A DNA stretch of 64,000 nucleotides from Candidatus Hydrogenedens sp. (GTDB lineage Bacteria > Hydrogenedentota > Hydrogenedentia > Hydrogenedentales > Hydrogenedentaceae): NCBI GenBank assembly GCA_049968235.1, contig JBMFRC010000009.1:1-64000 (forward strand). The letters are read 5' to 3'. Of this stretch, positions 8,380 through 16,809 are shown in pieces. A program made the translations under genes and the position numbers. The notes beneath the pieces were generated by a model. That model searched no databases, was not told where the DNA came from, and was given only the letters and a program-made list of their open reading frames with translations. Each line of letters starts with the position of its first letter. The stretch's first letter is position 1.

Positions 8380-9813
8380 ATGAAGGAATATGAATCTGTT
8401 ATAGGAATGGAGGTGCATGTTGAAATTAATACGCTTTCCAAGGCGTTTTGTTCATGCAGTACAGATTTTCATGCTCCCCCAAATACTCAGGTATGTCCAG
8501 TTTGTTTAGGAATGCCTGGCGTTTTACCTGTTTTAAATAAAGAGTTTGTGAATAAAGCCATAGCAGTGGGACTTGCATTACATTGTTCCATTGCAAGGTG
8601 GTCTAAAATGGACCGAAAGAATTATTTTTATCCAGATTTAGCAAAAAATTATCAAATCAGTCAGTATGATTTGCCTTTATGCTATGATGGATACATGGAT
8701 ATTGAGGTAAAGGGTGAGAAGAAACAGGTGCGGATACTACGGGCACATCTGGAAGAGGATACGGCAAGGAATACCCATGATTTAGGAGGGGGATATAGTG
8801 GTGTGGATTTTAATCGGAGTGGTGTCCCTTTGCTGGAAATTGTAACTTATCCGGATTTGAGGTCATCGGATGAAGTTTTTGTTTTTCTGACAGAATTAAA
8901 ACAATTACTTGAGTATTTAGAAGTGAGTGACTGTAATATGGAAGAAGGGTCTCTTCGAGCAGAAGCCAATGTAAGTGTTCGCGAAAAAGGTGCAGAACAT
9001 TTAGGAGTTAAGACGGAGATAAAAAATGTGGCTTCGTTTAGTGGGGTTGTAAAAGCAATTGAATATGAAATAGAACGTCAAATACAGGTTTTACAATCGG
9101 GGGGCAAGGTAGTGCAGGAAACACGAGGTTGGGACCCTGACCGTGGAATAACTTTTTCACAAAGACAAAAAGAATCCGCTCATGATTATCGTTATTTTCC
9201 AGAACCAGACCTTGTTCCGCTTGCAATATCCAAAGAATGGATAGAACAGGTAAAGCAGACCATGCCTGAATTGCCTCAAATCCGAAGGAAGCGGTTTCAA
9301 GAAGAATATGGCTTATCGCTATACGATGCTAATGTATTGACTTCTTCTAAGGTTATGGCAGATTATTATGAAAAAACAGTTAAATTAGGAGTAGACCCAA
9401 AACAAACCGCCAATTGGATACAGGTAGAACTCCAATCGGTGCTTGCTTATGAGAATACAAGCATAGAAAATTCTCCTATAACACCCGAACATATGGCTCA
9501 ATTAATAACATTGGTTAAGGATGAAGTCATTAGTGGTAAAATTGCTAAAGAGGTTCTGAGAAAAGTTTATAAAACGGGGAAGTCTCCGGAAGAGATTATA
9601 AAAGAAGAAGGTTTATTGCAGATTACCGATATTGAAACAATACGAAAAATAGCACGAGAAGTGATAGAAAAAAATCCATCTCAGGTGGAGCAGTACCGTA
9701 ATGGAAAAGAAAAACTTTTTGGCTTTTTTGTGGGTCAAATCATGCGTGAAACAGAAGGAAAAGCCAATCCGAAGATGGTAAATGATATTTTGAAGGAAGA
9801 ATTAAATAAATAG
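8380..9813 (+). CDS. gatB: Asp-tRNA(Asn)/Glu-tRNA(Gln) amidotransferase subunit B
   Basis: N-terminus (IGMEVHVEINTLSKAFCSCS...CPVCLGMPGVLPVLN) and C-terminal GatB/YqeY domain. Confidence 0.9.
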   Translation: MKEYESVIGMEVHVEINTLSKAFCSCSTDFHAPPNTQVCPVCLGMPGVLPVLNKEFVNKAIAVGLALHCSIARWSKMDRKNYFYPDLAKNYQISQYDLPLCYDGYMDIEVKGEKKQVRILRAHLEEDTARNTHDLGGGYSGVDFNRSGVPLLEIVTYPDLRSSDEVFVFLTELKQLLEYLEVSDCNMEEGSLRAEANVSVREKGAEHLGVKTEIKNVASFSGVVKAIEYEIERQIQVLQSGGKVVQETRGWDPDRGITFSQRQKESAHDYRYFPEPDLVPLAISKEWIEQVKQTMPELPQIRRKRFQEEYGLSLYDANVLTSSKVMADYYEKTVKLGVDPKQTANWIQVELQSVLAYENTSIENSPITPEHMAQLITLVKDEVISGKIAKEVLRKVYKTGKSPEEIIKEEGLLQITDIETIRKIAREVIEKNPSQVEQYRNGKEKLFGFFVGQIMRETEGKANPKMVNDILKEELNK

Positions 9814-9826
9814 AAGGTAGAAGACA

Positions 9827-10252
9827 TTGAGAAAGAAAACATCAACAGTATCAAATGTTAGAAAAACAATACGTTCATCTCTGACAATAGCGAGGGCTAT
9901 AGCCCGAATAGCATCTGAAAAGAAAGCCAAAGATATTAAGGCATATAATCTGGAAGGTTTAACCCTTCTTGCAGATAGTTTTATCCTTTGCACTGTAACA
10001 AGTGAACCGCAACAAAAGGCTGTTTTTAATGCGGTGTATGAAGGATTGAAGACGAAGGGTATTGTCCCTCTATCCACCGAGGGTAGTTTTCAGGATAATT
10101 GGATGGTAATGGACTATGGTTCTGTAGTTTTTCACATCTTCAAACAAAAAGCACGCGATTACTATGACCTCGATGGAATGTGGGGAGATGCCCCTAAAAT
10201 AGAATTAAAATTGAAAGAAGATAAAACAGTGGGAAAAGGGGATAAGGATTGA
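9827..10252 (+). CDS. rsfS: Ribosomal silencing factor RsfS (Iojap family)
   Basis: Iojap-like core (DIKAYNLEGLTLLADSFILCTVTSEPQQKAVFNAVYEGLK...MVMDYGSVVFHIF). TTG start with GAAGG RBS. Confidence 0.8.
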   Translation: MRKKTSTVSNVRKTIRSSLTIARAIARIASEKKAKDIKAYNLEGLTLLADSFILCTVTSEPQQKAVFNAVYEGLKTKGIVPLSTEGSFQDNWMVMDYGSVVFHIFKQKARDYYDLDGMWGDAPKIELKLKEDKTVGKGDKD

Positions 10253-10256
10253 GTAT

Positions 10257-11099
10257 ATGTCGGATTCTTCCTATGCTCCAGACCGTTCACAGTTATATCA
10301 TATTCGACTTGTGAAAATTTTAGGACAGGGAGGAACGGGAATTGTATATCAAGGAATTGATACCAAGAAAGGAAATGCGGTTGCAGTAAAATTATTCCGT
10401 GAGAATTTTTTCAGGAATAGACTGCATCTTATGGACCTTGTCCAGAATGTTAAGAAGTTTAAAAAACTGAAACACCAAAATCTTGTTCAGATATTTGATT
10501 TTATTGATGGGGATGAAGGTCGGTGCATGTTAATGGAGTTCGTAGATGGACCTAACCTCCGATGGTATCTTACAAATCGTCCCTGGAATTTGCAAGAACG
10601 AGTAAATATTATAATTCAAATTTGTATTGGTTTACAGTTTCTTCACGATAATGGTTTTGTCCATCATGATTTTAAACCTGCGAATGTATTATTTACACGG
10701 AGAGGTATTGTTAAGATTGCGGACTACTCTTTGTTCGGGAATAATTTTATATTGGAATTACTGGACCGAAGTGTCAGTCAGCAAATTACACCTATGTTTG
10801 TTGCTCCGGAAGTGATTCGCGGGGAAAGGGTAACTCCTAAATCAGATTTATATTCTCTGGGTGTTACAATGTATATGATGTTTACAGAAAAATTACCTTT
10901 TCCTGTAGATAATTTACAACAATTGTATCATTGCCATTTGAATTTATTGCCTGAACACCCAACAAATGTAAATCCCAAATGTCCATTTGCGTTAGGTAAT
11001 GTAATTATGAAACTCCTCTCTAAAAAACCAGAAAACCGTTATCGTGATTGTGATGAATTACGAATTGCTTTGTCTAATGTAACTCAAAGTAGAATTTAA
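10257..11099 (+). CDS. Minimal Ser/Thr protein kinase (kinase domain only) with variant catalytic motifs (HHD for HRD; DYS for DFG)
   Basis: G-loop GQGGTGIVY, VAVK lysine, HHDFKPANVL catalytic loop, IADYSLFG, APE (VAPEV). No sensor or TM domains. Confidence 0.75.
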   Translation: MSDSSYAPDRSQLYHIRLVKILGQGGTGIVYQGIDTKKGNAVAVKLFRENFFRNRLHLMDLVQNVKKFKKLKHQNLVQIFDFIDGDEGRCMLMEFVDGPNLRWYLTNRPWNLQERVNIIIQICIGLQFLHDNGFVHHDFKPANVLFTRRGIVKIADYSLFGNNFILELLDRSVSQQITPMFVAPEVIRGERVTPKSDLYSLGVTMYMMFTEKLPFPVDNLQQLYHCHLNLLPEHPTNVNPKCPFALGNVIMKLLSKKPENRYRDCDELRIALSNVTQSRI

Positions 11100-11321
11100 T
11101 TAGACCCCTGTAATACCCCCTGTAGTTGTTCCTGTGTCTACATTTGTATTTGTATCTGTTGTTTCTTCGGTAGGTCCTGTTGCTTTCCAAGGTGCCTGTC
11201 TTGGTACAAGGAGAAGTCGGTCAATAATATCTGTTGTGGCTTGCAGTTTAATCTGGAAATTACTCAACTGCGCCAGCGCAGGTGTTATTGTAATCGGTGT
11301 AATATGTCTATCTTTTTTCAT
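11100..11321 (-). CDS. Small hypothetical protein (73 aa) with Thr/Gly-rich C-terminal tail; paralog of the adjacent 42-aa ORF
   Basis: ATG with RBS AAAGGA (8-nt spacer). Shares a P-A-x-x-Q-[VL]-S-N-F-Q ... T-D-x-I motif with the upstream 42-aa ORF. Tail TGPTEETTDTNTNVDTGTTTGGITGV. Its stop abuts the convergent kinase stop. Confidence 0.4.
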   Translation of the reverse strand: MKKDRHITPITITPALAQLSNFQIKLQATTDIIDRLLLVPRQAPWKATGPTEETTDTNTNVDTGTTTGGITGV

Positions 11322-11338
11322 ATATCCAATCCTTTTTA

Positions 11339-11467
11339 TTAGGATGTTTTTATAAAAACAAACTCAACAATTTGGTCTGTCAATCTGACTAAGAAATCTT
11401 TCCATGCCTGGAAATTGCTTACCTGCATCTTTGCAGGTCTTTTTGTTAAAACCTGAACATGTTTCAT
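11339..11467 (-). CDS. Small hypothetical protein (42 aa; below the ORF-track size cutoff)
   Basis: Minus-strand ATG at 11467 preceded by strong RBS AAAGGAG (10-nt spacer) and a sigma70-like promoter. Peptide MKHVQVLTKRPAKMQVSNFQAWKDFLVRLTDQIVEFVFIKTS. Followed 17 nt later by the 73-aa paralog. Confidence 0.4.
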   Translation of the reverse strand: MKHVQVLTKRPAKMQVSNFQAWKDFLVRLTDQIVEFVFIKTS

Positions 11468-11506
11468 TTTAAATTAACTCCTTTTTGTTTCAATAACAAT
11501 ACTAGT

Positions 11507-11536
11507 ATTTTTATCAAAATATTACAGAAATGTCAA
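11507..11536 (-). promoter_or_regulatory. Sigma70-type promoter (TTGACA-N17-TAAAAAT) on the minus strand, driving the two small ORFs
   Basis: Plus-strand tgtcaa at 11531-11536 and attttta at 11507-11513. 17-nt spacer. Confidence 0.5.
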
Positions 11537-11564
11537 GTTTTTATCTAAGTAATTTTTATCTTAT

Positions 11565-13439
11565 CTATTCTATCAATTTTTCCCACTGCGAGTAAAATGA
11601 ATTAAGAAGTTCTTTTTTCGTTTTTAATTCATGACTGAGTGATTGAATTTTTTGAAAATTTTTCGGATTTATTTGAGAAAAGGAAAGTTCTAAATTTTCA
11701 ATTTCACTTTCAAGGTTTTCAATTTGTCTCTCAATATCTTCTATCTTTCGTTCTTTTTTTCTTTGTTCGCGCTTTATTTGTTTTGCTTCTTCAAAGGAGT
11801 TCGGCTTTTGTGCTTTAGAGATAAAAATTGTTTCTGTGTTTTCAACATTGTTTTTTTCTCGCCATAGATAGTGGGAATAATTTCCCCAGATAAGTTCTGT
11901 TTTCCCATCTTTTAATACAATGAGTCGCTCCACGATTTCGTCCAAAAGTTCACGGTCATGTGTTATGAGAATAATCGCACCATCAAAATTAAGCAGGGCA
12001 TTTTCTAAAGCCTCTCGAGAGGCAAGGTCCATGTGATTCGTTGGTTCATCTAAGAAAAGTAAGTTGGGCTTTTGTAGAATTAACTTGGCTAATGCAAGAC
12101 GGCTTTGTTCACCACCACTTAAATTTTTTACCTTTTTGAAAACATCGTCTCCCTGGAAAAGGAAAGCCCCTAAAAAAGAGCGAAGGGAAGTAGGTATTAC
12201 ATCCGGTCGGACAGATAATGCCTCCTGAAGTATTTCGTTTTCGGGATTTAAATTATTATGATGTTGGTCATAATAGGCAATTTTTACATTGTGTCCATAT
12301 CGAATAATGCCATGAGTTCCTTTATGATAACCTAATAAGTGTTTTAAAAGTGTTGTTTTTCCGGAACCATTAGGACCTATAATTCCCAATCGTTCTCCGT
12401 GATACAACTGGAATGACAAATCTTTATATAGAACATGATTATCATATTGCATACACAAATTTTCAGCGTAAACCACCAAAGAATTGCTTCGTTCTTCAGA
12501 TTCAAAGAAAAAGTTGAGTTTTGGATTATATTGTTGGGGTTCTTCTATTCGCACGATTTTGTTTAATTGTTTAATACGGCTTTGAACCTGTTTTGCACGT
12601 GTTTTTTTATAGCGAAATCGTTCAATCCATTCCTCTTGTTTTTTTAATTCTTTTTCCTGTTGTTTATACATATCCTGTTGTTTTTCATATTGCTGTTCTT
12701 TTATTTCTCGAAAACTTTGATAGGAGCCCGGATAGGAAGTAATTTTTCCGTTTTCAAGTTCAAGTATTCTTTGAGGAAAACGGGATAGCAATCTCTGGTC
12801 ATGGGAAATAATTACAATTGTTTTGGGGGATGATATGAGAAATTCTTCAAGATATTCTTTCCCTTCGATGTCGAGATAATTGTCGGGTTCGTCTAAGAGT
12901 AATACATCTGCATCTTGTAATAGGGACAAGACAAGAAGTAGCCTTGTTTGTTGCCCTCCACTGAGTTCGTGAAATTTTTTTGACCAGCTATCGTGCAGGA
13001 ATCCTAAACCAGAAAGCACTTTTTGGGTAAGGGAAGAGTAATGATAGCCTCCATGTACCTGATAATAGGATTGGAGTTTTGAATACTCATTGAGCCATTC
13101 CGTATTACCCTTAGAAATTTGAACTTCGATTTCCTTTAATTTCTTTTCGATTTCTTTCAATTCCTTGAAAGCAGTTTCTGCAATTTCAAGTAAGGTTAAA
13201 TCTGGAGGGAAATGAGGTATTTGTTCGAGATAAGAGATACGGATATTGCGTTGTCGTTCAATAATTCCTCGGTCAGGTTCTATTCGTTGAGTAATTAATT
13301 GAAAAATAGTTGTTTTCCCACAGCCATTTCTTCCTACAAGGGCTATATGCTCCCCTGCTTCTATCTGAAAATTTACTTCATCTAAAATGACCCTACCTGG
13401 GTATGCTTTGCAGATATTTTCAAAACGGATTAAACTCAT
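11565..13439 (-). CDS. ABC-F family ATPase (two ABC domains, no TMD, coiled-coil linker and C-terminal extension; Uup/YbiT-like)
   Basis: Two Walker A motifs (GRNGCGKTT; GPNGSGKTT), two LSGG signatures (LSGGQQ; LSGGEQ), charged linker and K/E-rich coiled-coil C-terminus. 4-nt start/stop overlap with the upstream GT2 gene. Confidence 0.85.
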   Translation of the reverse strand: MSLIRFENICKAYPGRVILDEVNFQIEAGEHIALVGRNGCGKTTIFQLITQRIEPDRGIIERQRNIRISYLEQIPHFPPDLTLLEIAETAFKELKEIEKKLKEIEVQISKGNTEWLNEYSKLQSYYQVHGGYHYSSLTQKVLSGLGFLHDSWSKKFHELSGGQQTRLLLVLSLLQDADVLLLDEPDNYLDIEGKEYLEEFLISSPKTIVIISHDQRLLSRFPQRILELENGKITSYPGSYQSFREIKEQQYEKQQDMYKQQEKELKKQEEWIERFRYKKTRAKQVQSRIKQLNKIVRIEEPQQYNPKLNFFFESEERSNSLVVYAENLCMQYDNHVLYKDLSFQLYHGERLGIIGPNGSGKTTLLKHLLGYHKGTHGIIRYGHNVKIAYYDQHHNNLNPENEILQEALSVRPDVIPTSLRSFLGAFLFQGDDVFKKVKNLSGGEQSRLALAKLILQKPNLLFLDEPTNHMDLASREALENALLNFDGAIILITHDRELLDEIVERLIVLKDGKTELIWGNYSHYLWREKNNVENTETIFISKAQKPNSFEEAKQIKREQRKKERKIEDIERQIENLESEIENLELSFSQINPKNFQKIQSLSHELKTKKELLNSFYSQWEKLIE

Positions 13440-14239
13440 GGAATATTTGTAGGTATATTAGATGTATCGGAATTGTTAGTGCTTTTTCTCTGCAAATCCC
13501 ACAGTTTTGCATACTTTAAAAATACCGAGAAAGCGGATAATCCACATAGGACAAGTCCATGATAGCCATCCAGAAAGCCGTGTCGTAGAATATACATTTT
13601 GATAAAGCGTGAAATAGGTCGAATTGTTAAATCAAACCAATGGGCTCGTTTTCCCTGTTCATAAGCATCTTCTGCTCCCCATGTTGTAAATCGATGGGCT
13701 GTTCTTAAAAATTCATCAAAATTGCGATAGGTATCATGATACATAACTTCATGAATATAACCTATGGGACCTTCTACAACAACATGACTGTGAACACGTT
13801 TCTTTTTATATTTCCCTTTTCGTGTTCGGAATAGTCGCAAATTATAATCTTTGTGCCATCCGCAGTGTTTAATGAGTTTTCCGAAGAAGTAAGACATTCT
13901 GCGAATATTGTAACCATCGAGACTGTTCGGATCTTTTATAATTTCCTGTATTTTTTTCACAAGTTCTGGGGAGACCCATTCATCCGCGTCTAAAACCAGA
14001 GTCCATTCCGTTGTTATTTGTGGGATTGCCCAATTGCGTTGGTCCGCTGCATTGGTATACTCATGAACAACCACATGATTTGTATATTGTTTTACCAATT
14101 CTTCAGACCCATCATTTGTTTTGGGGTCTACAACACAAAAAATATCATCTGCCCAGGATACACTTCCAAGACAGCGGGGAAGACGGTCTCCCGCGTTAGG
14201 AATTAATATTAAGACAGTGATGCCAGGTTTTATACTCAT
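13436..14239 (-). CDS. Family 2 glycosyltransferase (LPS-core WaaE/KdtX-like)
   Basis: GT-A motifs (VLILIPNAGDRL...; DxD LDADEW). Similarity pattern of LPS core GT2 enzymes. Confidence 0.75.
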   Translation of the reverse strand: MSIKPGITVLILIPNAGDRLPRCLGSVSWADDIFCVVDPKTNDGSEELVKQYTNHVVVHEYTNAADQRNWAIPQITTEWTLVLDADEWVSPELVKKIQEIIKDPNSLDGYNIRRMSYFFGKLIKHCGWHKDYNLRLFRTRKGKYKKKRVHSHVVVEGPIGYIHEVMYHDTYRNFDEFLRTAHRFTTWGAEDAYEQGKRAHWFDLTIRPISRFIKMYILRHGFLDGYHGLVLCGLSAFSVFLKYAKLWDLQRKSTNNSDTSNIPTNIP

Positions 14240-14272
14240 TGTTTTTGCTAATTATCCCTTTGTTTTAAATAA

Positions 14273-15352
14273 TTATTGTATCAATTTTTGATAAACCGAT
14301 ATGGTTTCATCAATCATCCTCTGAACTGTAAAATTATCTTCCACATGTTTTCTACCTTTTTCTGCCATTGCCATGGATTCATCAGGATGCGACAACATGT
14401 AAATAATGGCTTCTGCTAATAATTGGGGATTTTTATTGGGAACCAACAAACCTGTCTTATGATTAATTACCATTTCGGATACACCGCCTGCTTCTGTTGC
14501 GACTACGGGTTTTTTACTTGCCAATGCTTCAAGTATTGAGGTTCCTAATCCTTCAGACCAACTGGAAGATACATACAAATCAGATGTCCGAATAAGTCGA
14601 GGGACATCACTTCTATATCCTAAAAGACGGACATGTTGGGATAAATGAAGTTTTTCTATTTCTGTTTGTATATCATTTTGTAAAGGACCGGAACCCGCGA
14701 GGAGTAATACTATATCATTGAATATTTCTTTAACTTTTACAAACGCATGTAATAAAGTGATGTGGTCTTTATGAGGAACGAGGGCACCTGCATTCAAGAG
14801 AATTTTGGTAGTCTCGTCAATTGCGAGTTCACTTTTTTTATAAGGGGGAACATCAATGTGAGATAAATCTATCGAACTTCGAACAACCTGAATTTTGTTT
14901 TCGGCGACACCATGTTCTTTTAATATTTTTGCTACATAATACGATACAGGGATAATAAGGTCAATATGATTATATTTCCATTGTGAGAAAACATTTTTAG
15001 CAGGGGGAAAACTAACCCTTCGAGAAACGACAATTTTAGGAGTAGCGTAGAAAAAGGTAGAAAGGAGTGCTAAAGAGTGAGCGTGACTTGTATGAGCATG
15101 AATAATATCTATTTTGTTTTTCCTAGTAATGGTCGCTATTTTCCATGCGGAGTATAAATCAAGTTCTGAACGGAGGGGTAGAGTAAATGTGTTAATGTTG
15201 GGAATCTTTCTTATTCGGTTTATGAATTCACTATTTTCTTTTCCAATAGCATATACTTGAAAACCGTGAGAACAAAGTCCCTGCATTAACCAGCAGGCTT
15301 GTTGTTCTCCTCCTCTCCAACTCTGTTGTTCATCAATGTGCAGTATTTTCAC
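14273..15352 (-). CDS. Family 4 (GT-B) glycosyltransferase
   Basis: EX7E-type motif (SEGLGTSILEALASKKPVVATEAGGVSEMV). Confidence 0.8.
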   Translation of the reverse strand: MKILHIDEQQSWRGGEQQACWLMQGLCSHGFQVYAIGKENSEFINRIRKIPNINTFTLPLRSELDLYSAWKIATITRKNKIDIIHAHTSHAHSLALLSTFFYATPKIVVSRRVSFPPAKNVFSQWKYNHIDLIIPVSYYVAKILKEHGVAENKIQVVRSSIDLSHIDVPPYKKSELAIDETTKILLNAGALVPHKDHITLLHAFVKVKEIFNDIVLLLAGSGPLQNDIQTEIEKLHLSQHVRLLGYRSDVPRLIRTSDLYVSSSWSEGLGTSILEALASKKPVVATEAGGVSEMVINHKTGLLVPNKNPQLLAEAIIYMLSHPDESMAMAEKGRKHVEDNFTVQRMIDETISVYQKLIQ

Positions 15353-16499
15353 GGTGAAATTCCAATGCTTTGAAGTATGCTTCTAATGTTTTATTAACAA
15401 ACTGTTCTATGCTAAACATTTGGGTTGCCCGTTCGTGAGATTTTTTCCCCATCTCAATCCTTATATTCGGATTTTTTGCAAGTTCCTTGATTGCCTGAGC
15501 TAGCGGTTCTACAGTCCCTGCAGGAACAATTTTACCTTCAATACCATCATTTATAATTTCAGGAAGTCCACCGTAATTTGATGCAATTACAGGTTTTCCT
15601 TCCGCCATGGCTTCTTTTAAACTGAACGATGATGTGTCGCAGTCAATTGAAGGTAGAACTGCAATATCAAAGGACTGTGTGCAATATGCCATATCTTTAC
15701 GATAACCTGCAAAAACAACTTTATCCGAAATACCTAATTCAACAGATAAATTTTTTAATTCTTTATCCAGTGCACCTGCTCCTAAAACAAGTACCTTTAC
15801 CTCCGGACATTCTTCGGAAATCATTTGTAATGCTTTGAAAAGGAATACATGCCCTTTAGCAGGAGATAATCTCGCAGAGATACCACAAACGACATCTGTG
15901 TCTTTGAAACCGAATTCTTTACGAGATTTATTGCGATGTTCATCGTTGTAATAAAATTCCTTTATGTCAACACCATTGTGAATGGAACATATTCGGTTCT
16001 CAGGGAAGTGATTGTCATGAATTAATTTCTGGCGAACCAATTCACAAACAGCAATATGATAATCAGTACATTTTAAGTTTAGCCATCGGTTTAGTATGTG
16101 ATTGCTGAGTGTATATGTATTATGACGGGTTCGCACAAGGCAAAAACGATGATGAAGCAGTTGATTTGTAATTGCGGAAGTCCAATGGTCTTGAGAGCCA
16201 TTTGTATGGATAATATCAGGATTTATTTCTTGAAGGGTTGCTTTAAAGGTAATTATATCTTCAATCCATTTTTTAGGTCGTAAGCCTCCTGAGAAATGGA
16301 ACCTATTCAAAGGTATATACTGAAATGATTGGGCAAGTTCCACAAAAATACTATTTTTTCGGCAAGCCACATATACTTCATGACCTCGTTTCCGAAGTTC
16401 TTTGGCAAGTCTGCAAACATAAGTTATTTGACCACCACCTTTAATATGGGGGTCTGTAATAAGGATTTTTAATCTTGGGTCAGAAGGAAGATTTGTCAT
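15333..16499 (-). CDS. Family 4 (GT-B) glycosyltransferase
   Basis: GT4 C-terminal motif (FSLKEAMAEGKPVIASNYGGLPEII). N-terminal GT4 Rossmann-like region. Confidence 0.8.
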   Translation of the reverse strand: MTNLPSDPRLKILITDPHIKGGGQITYVCRLAKELRKRGHEVYVACRKNSIFVELAQSFQYIPLNRFHFSGGLRPKKWIEDIITFKATLQEINPDIIHTNGSQDHWTSAITNQLLHHRFCLVRTRHNTYTLSNHILNRWLNLKCTDYHIAVCELVRQKLIHDNHFPENRICSIHNGVDIKEFYYNDEHRNKSRKEFGFKDTDVVCGISARLSPAKGHVFLFKALQMISEECPEVKVLVLGAGALDKELKNLSVELGISDKVVFAGYRKDMAYCTQSFDIAVLPSIDCDTSSFSLKEAMAEGKPVIASNYGGLPEIINDGIEGKIVPAGTVEPLAQAIKELAKNPNIRIEMGKKSHERATQMFSIEQFVNKTLEAYFKALEFHRENTAH

Positions 16500-16577
16500 T
16501 ACAGACGGTAATTCCAGGGATTAATAGGGTTTTAATAATTGCTTATCTATTAACGATTCAGATATTATACTTAATTA

Positions 16578-16787
16578 TTACGAATTAATTTCAGGATTGA
16601 TTCCATTTATGTCAATATTTTCGACAGGTTTTTTTTCGGGTTCTATTTCTTCTTTTTGTGATACTTTTAATGTCTCGAGTATTTTCTGATTTACCGAATC
16701 AAGAAATTGAATGGCACTGTTGAGTTCTTGTTCAATAGATTCCAATGCTTCATCTTTATTTAATTTTATATTTCGTTTTTTATTCAT
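16578..16787 (-). CDS. Small hypothetical protein (69 aa, acidic, helical)
   Basis: ORF downstream of the HDOD gene on the same strand. No recognisable domain. Confidence 0.35.
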   Translation of the reverse strand: MNKKRNIKLNKDEALESIEQELNSAIQFLDSVNQKILETLKVSQKEEIEPEKKPVENIDINGINPEINS

Positions 16788-16809
16788 CTTAAAATCCTTT
16801 TTATAGTTT

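Noticed and set aside
11134-11355. Plus-strand 73-aa ORF mirroring the minus-strand small ORF
   Set aside because: GTG start without RBS. The minus-strand frame has an RBS, a paralogous partner ORF and a promoter.
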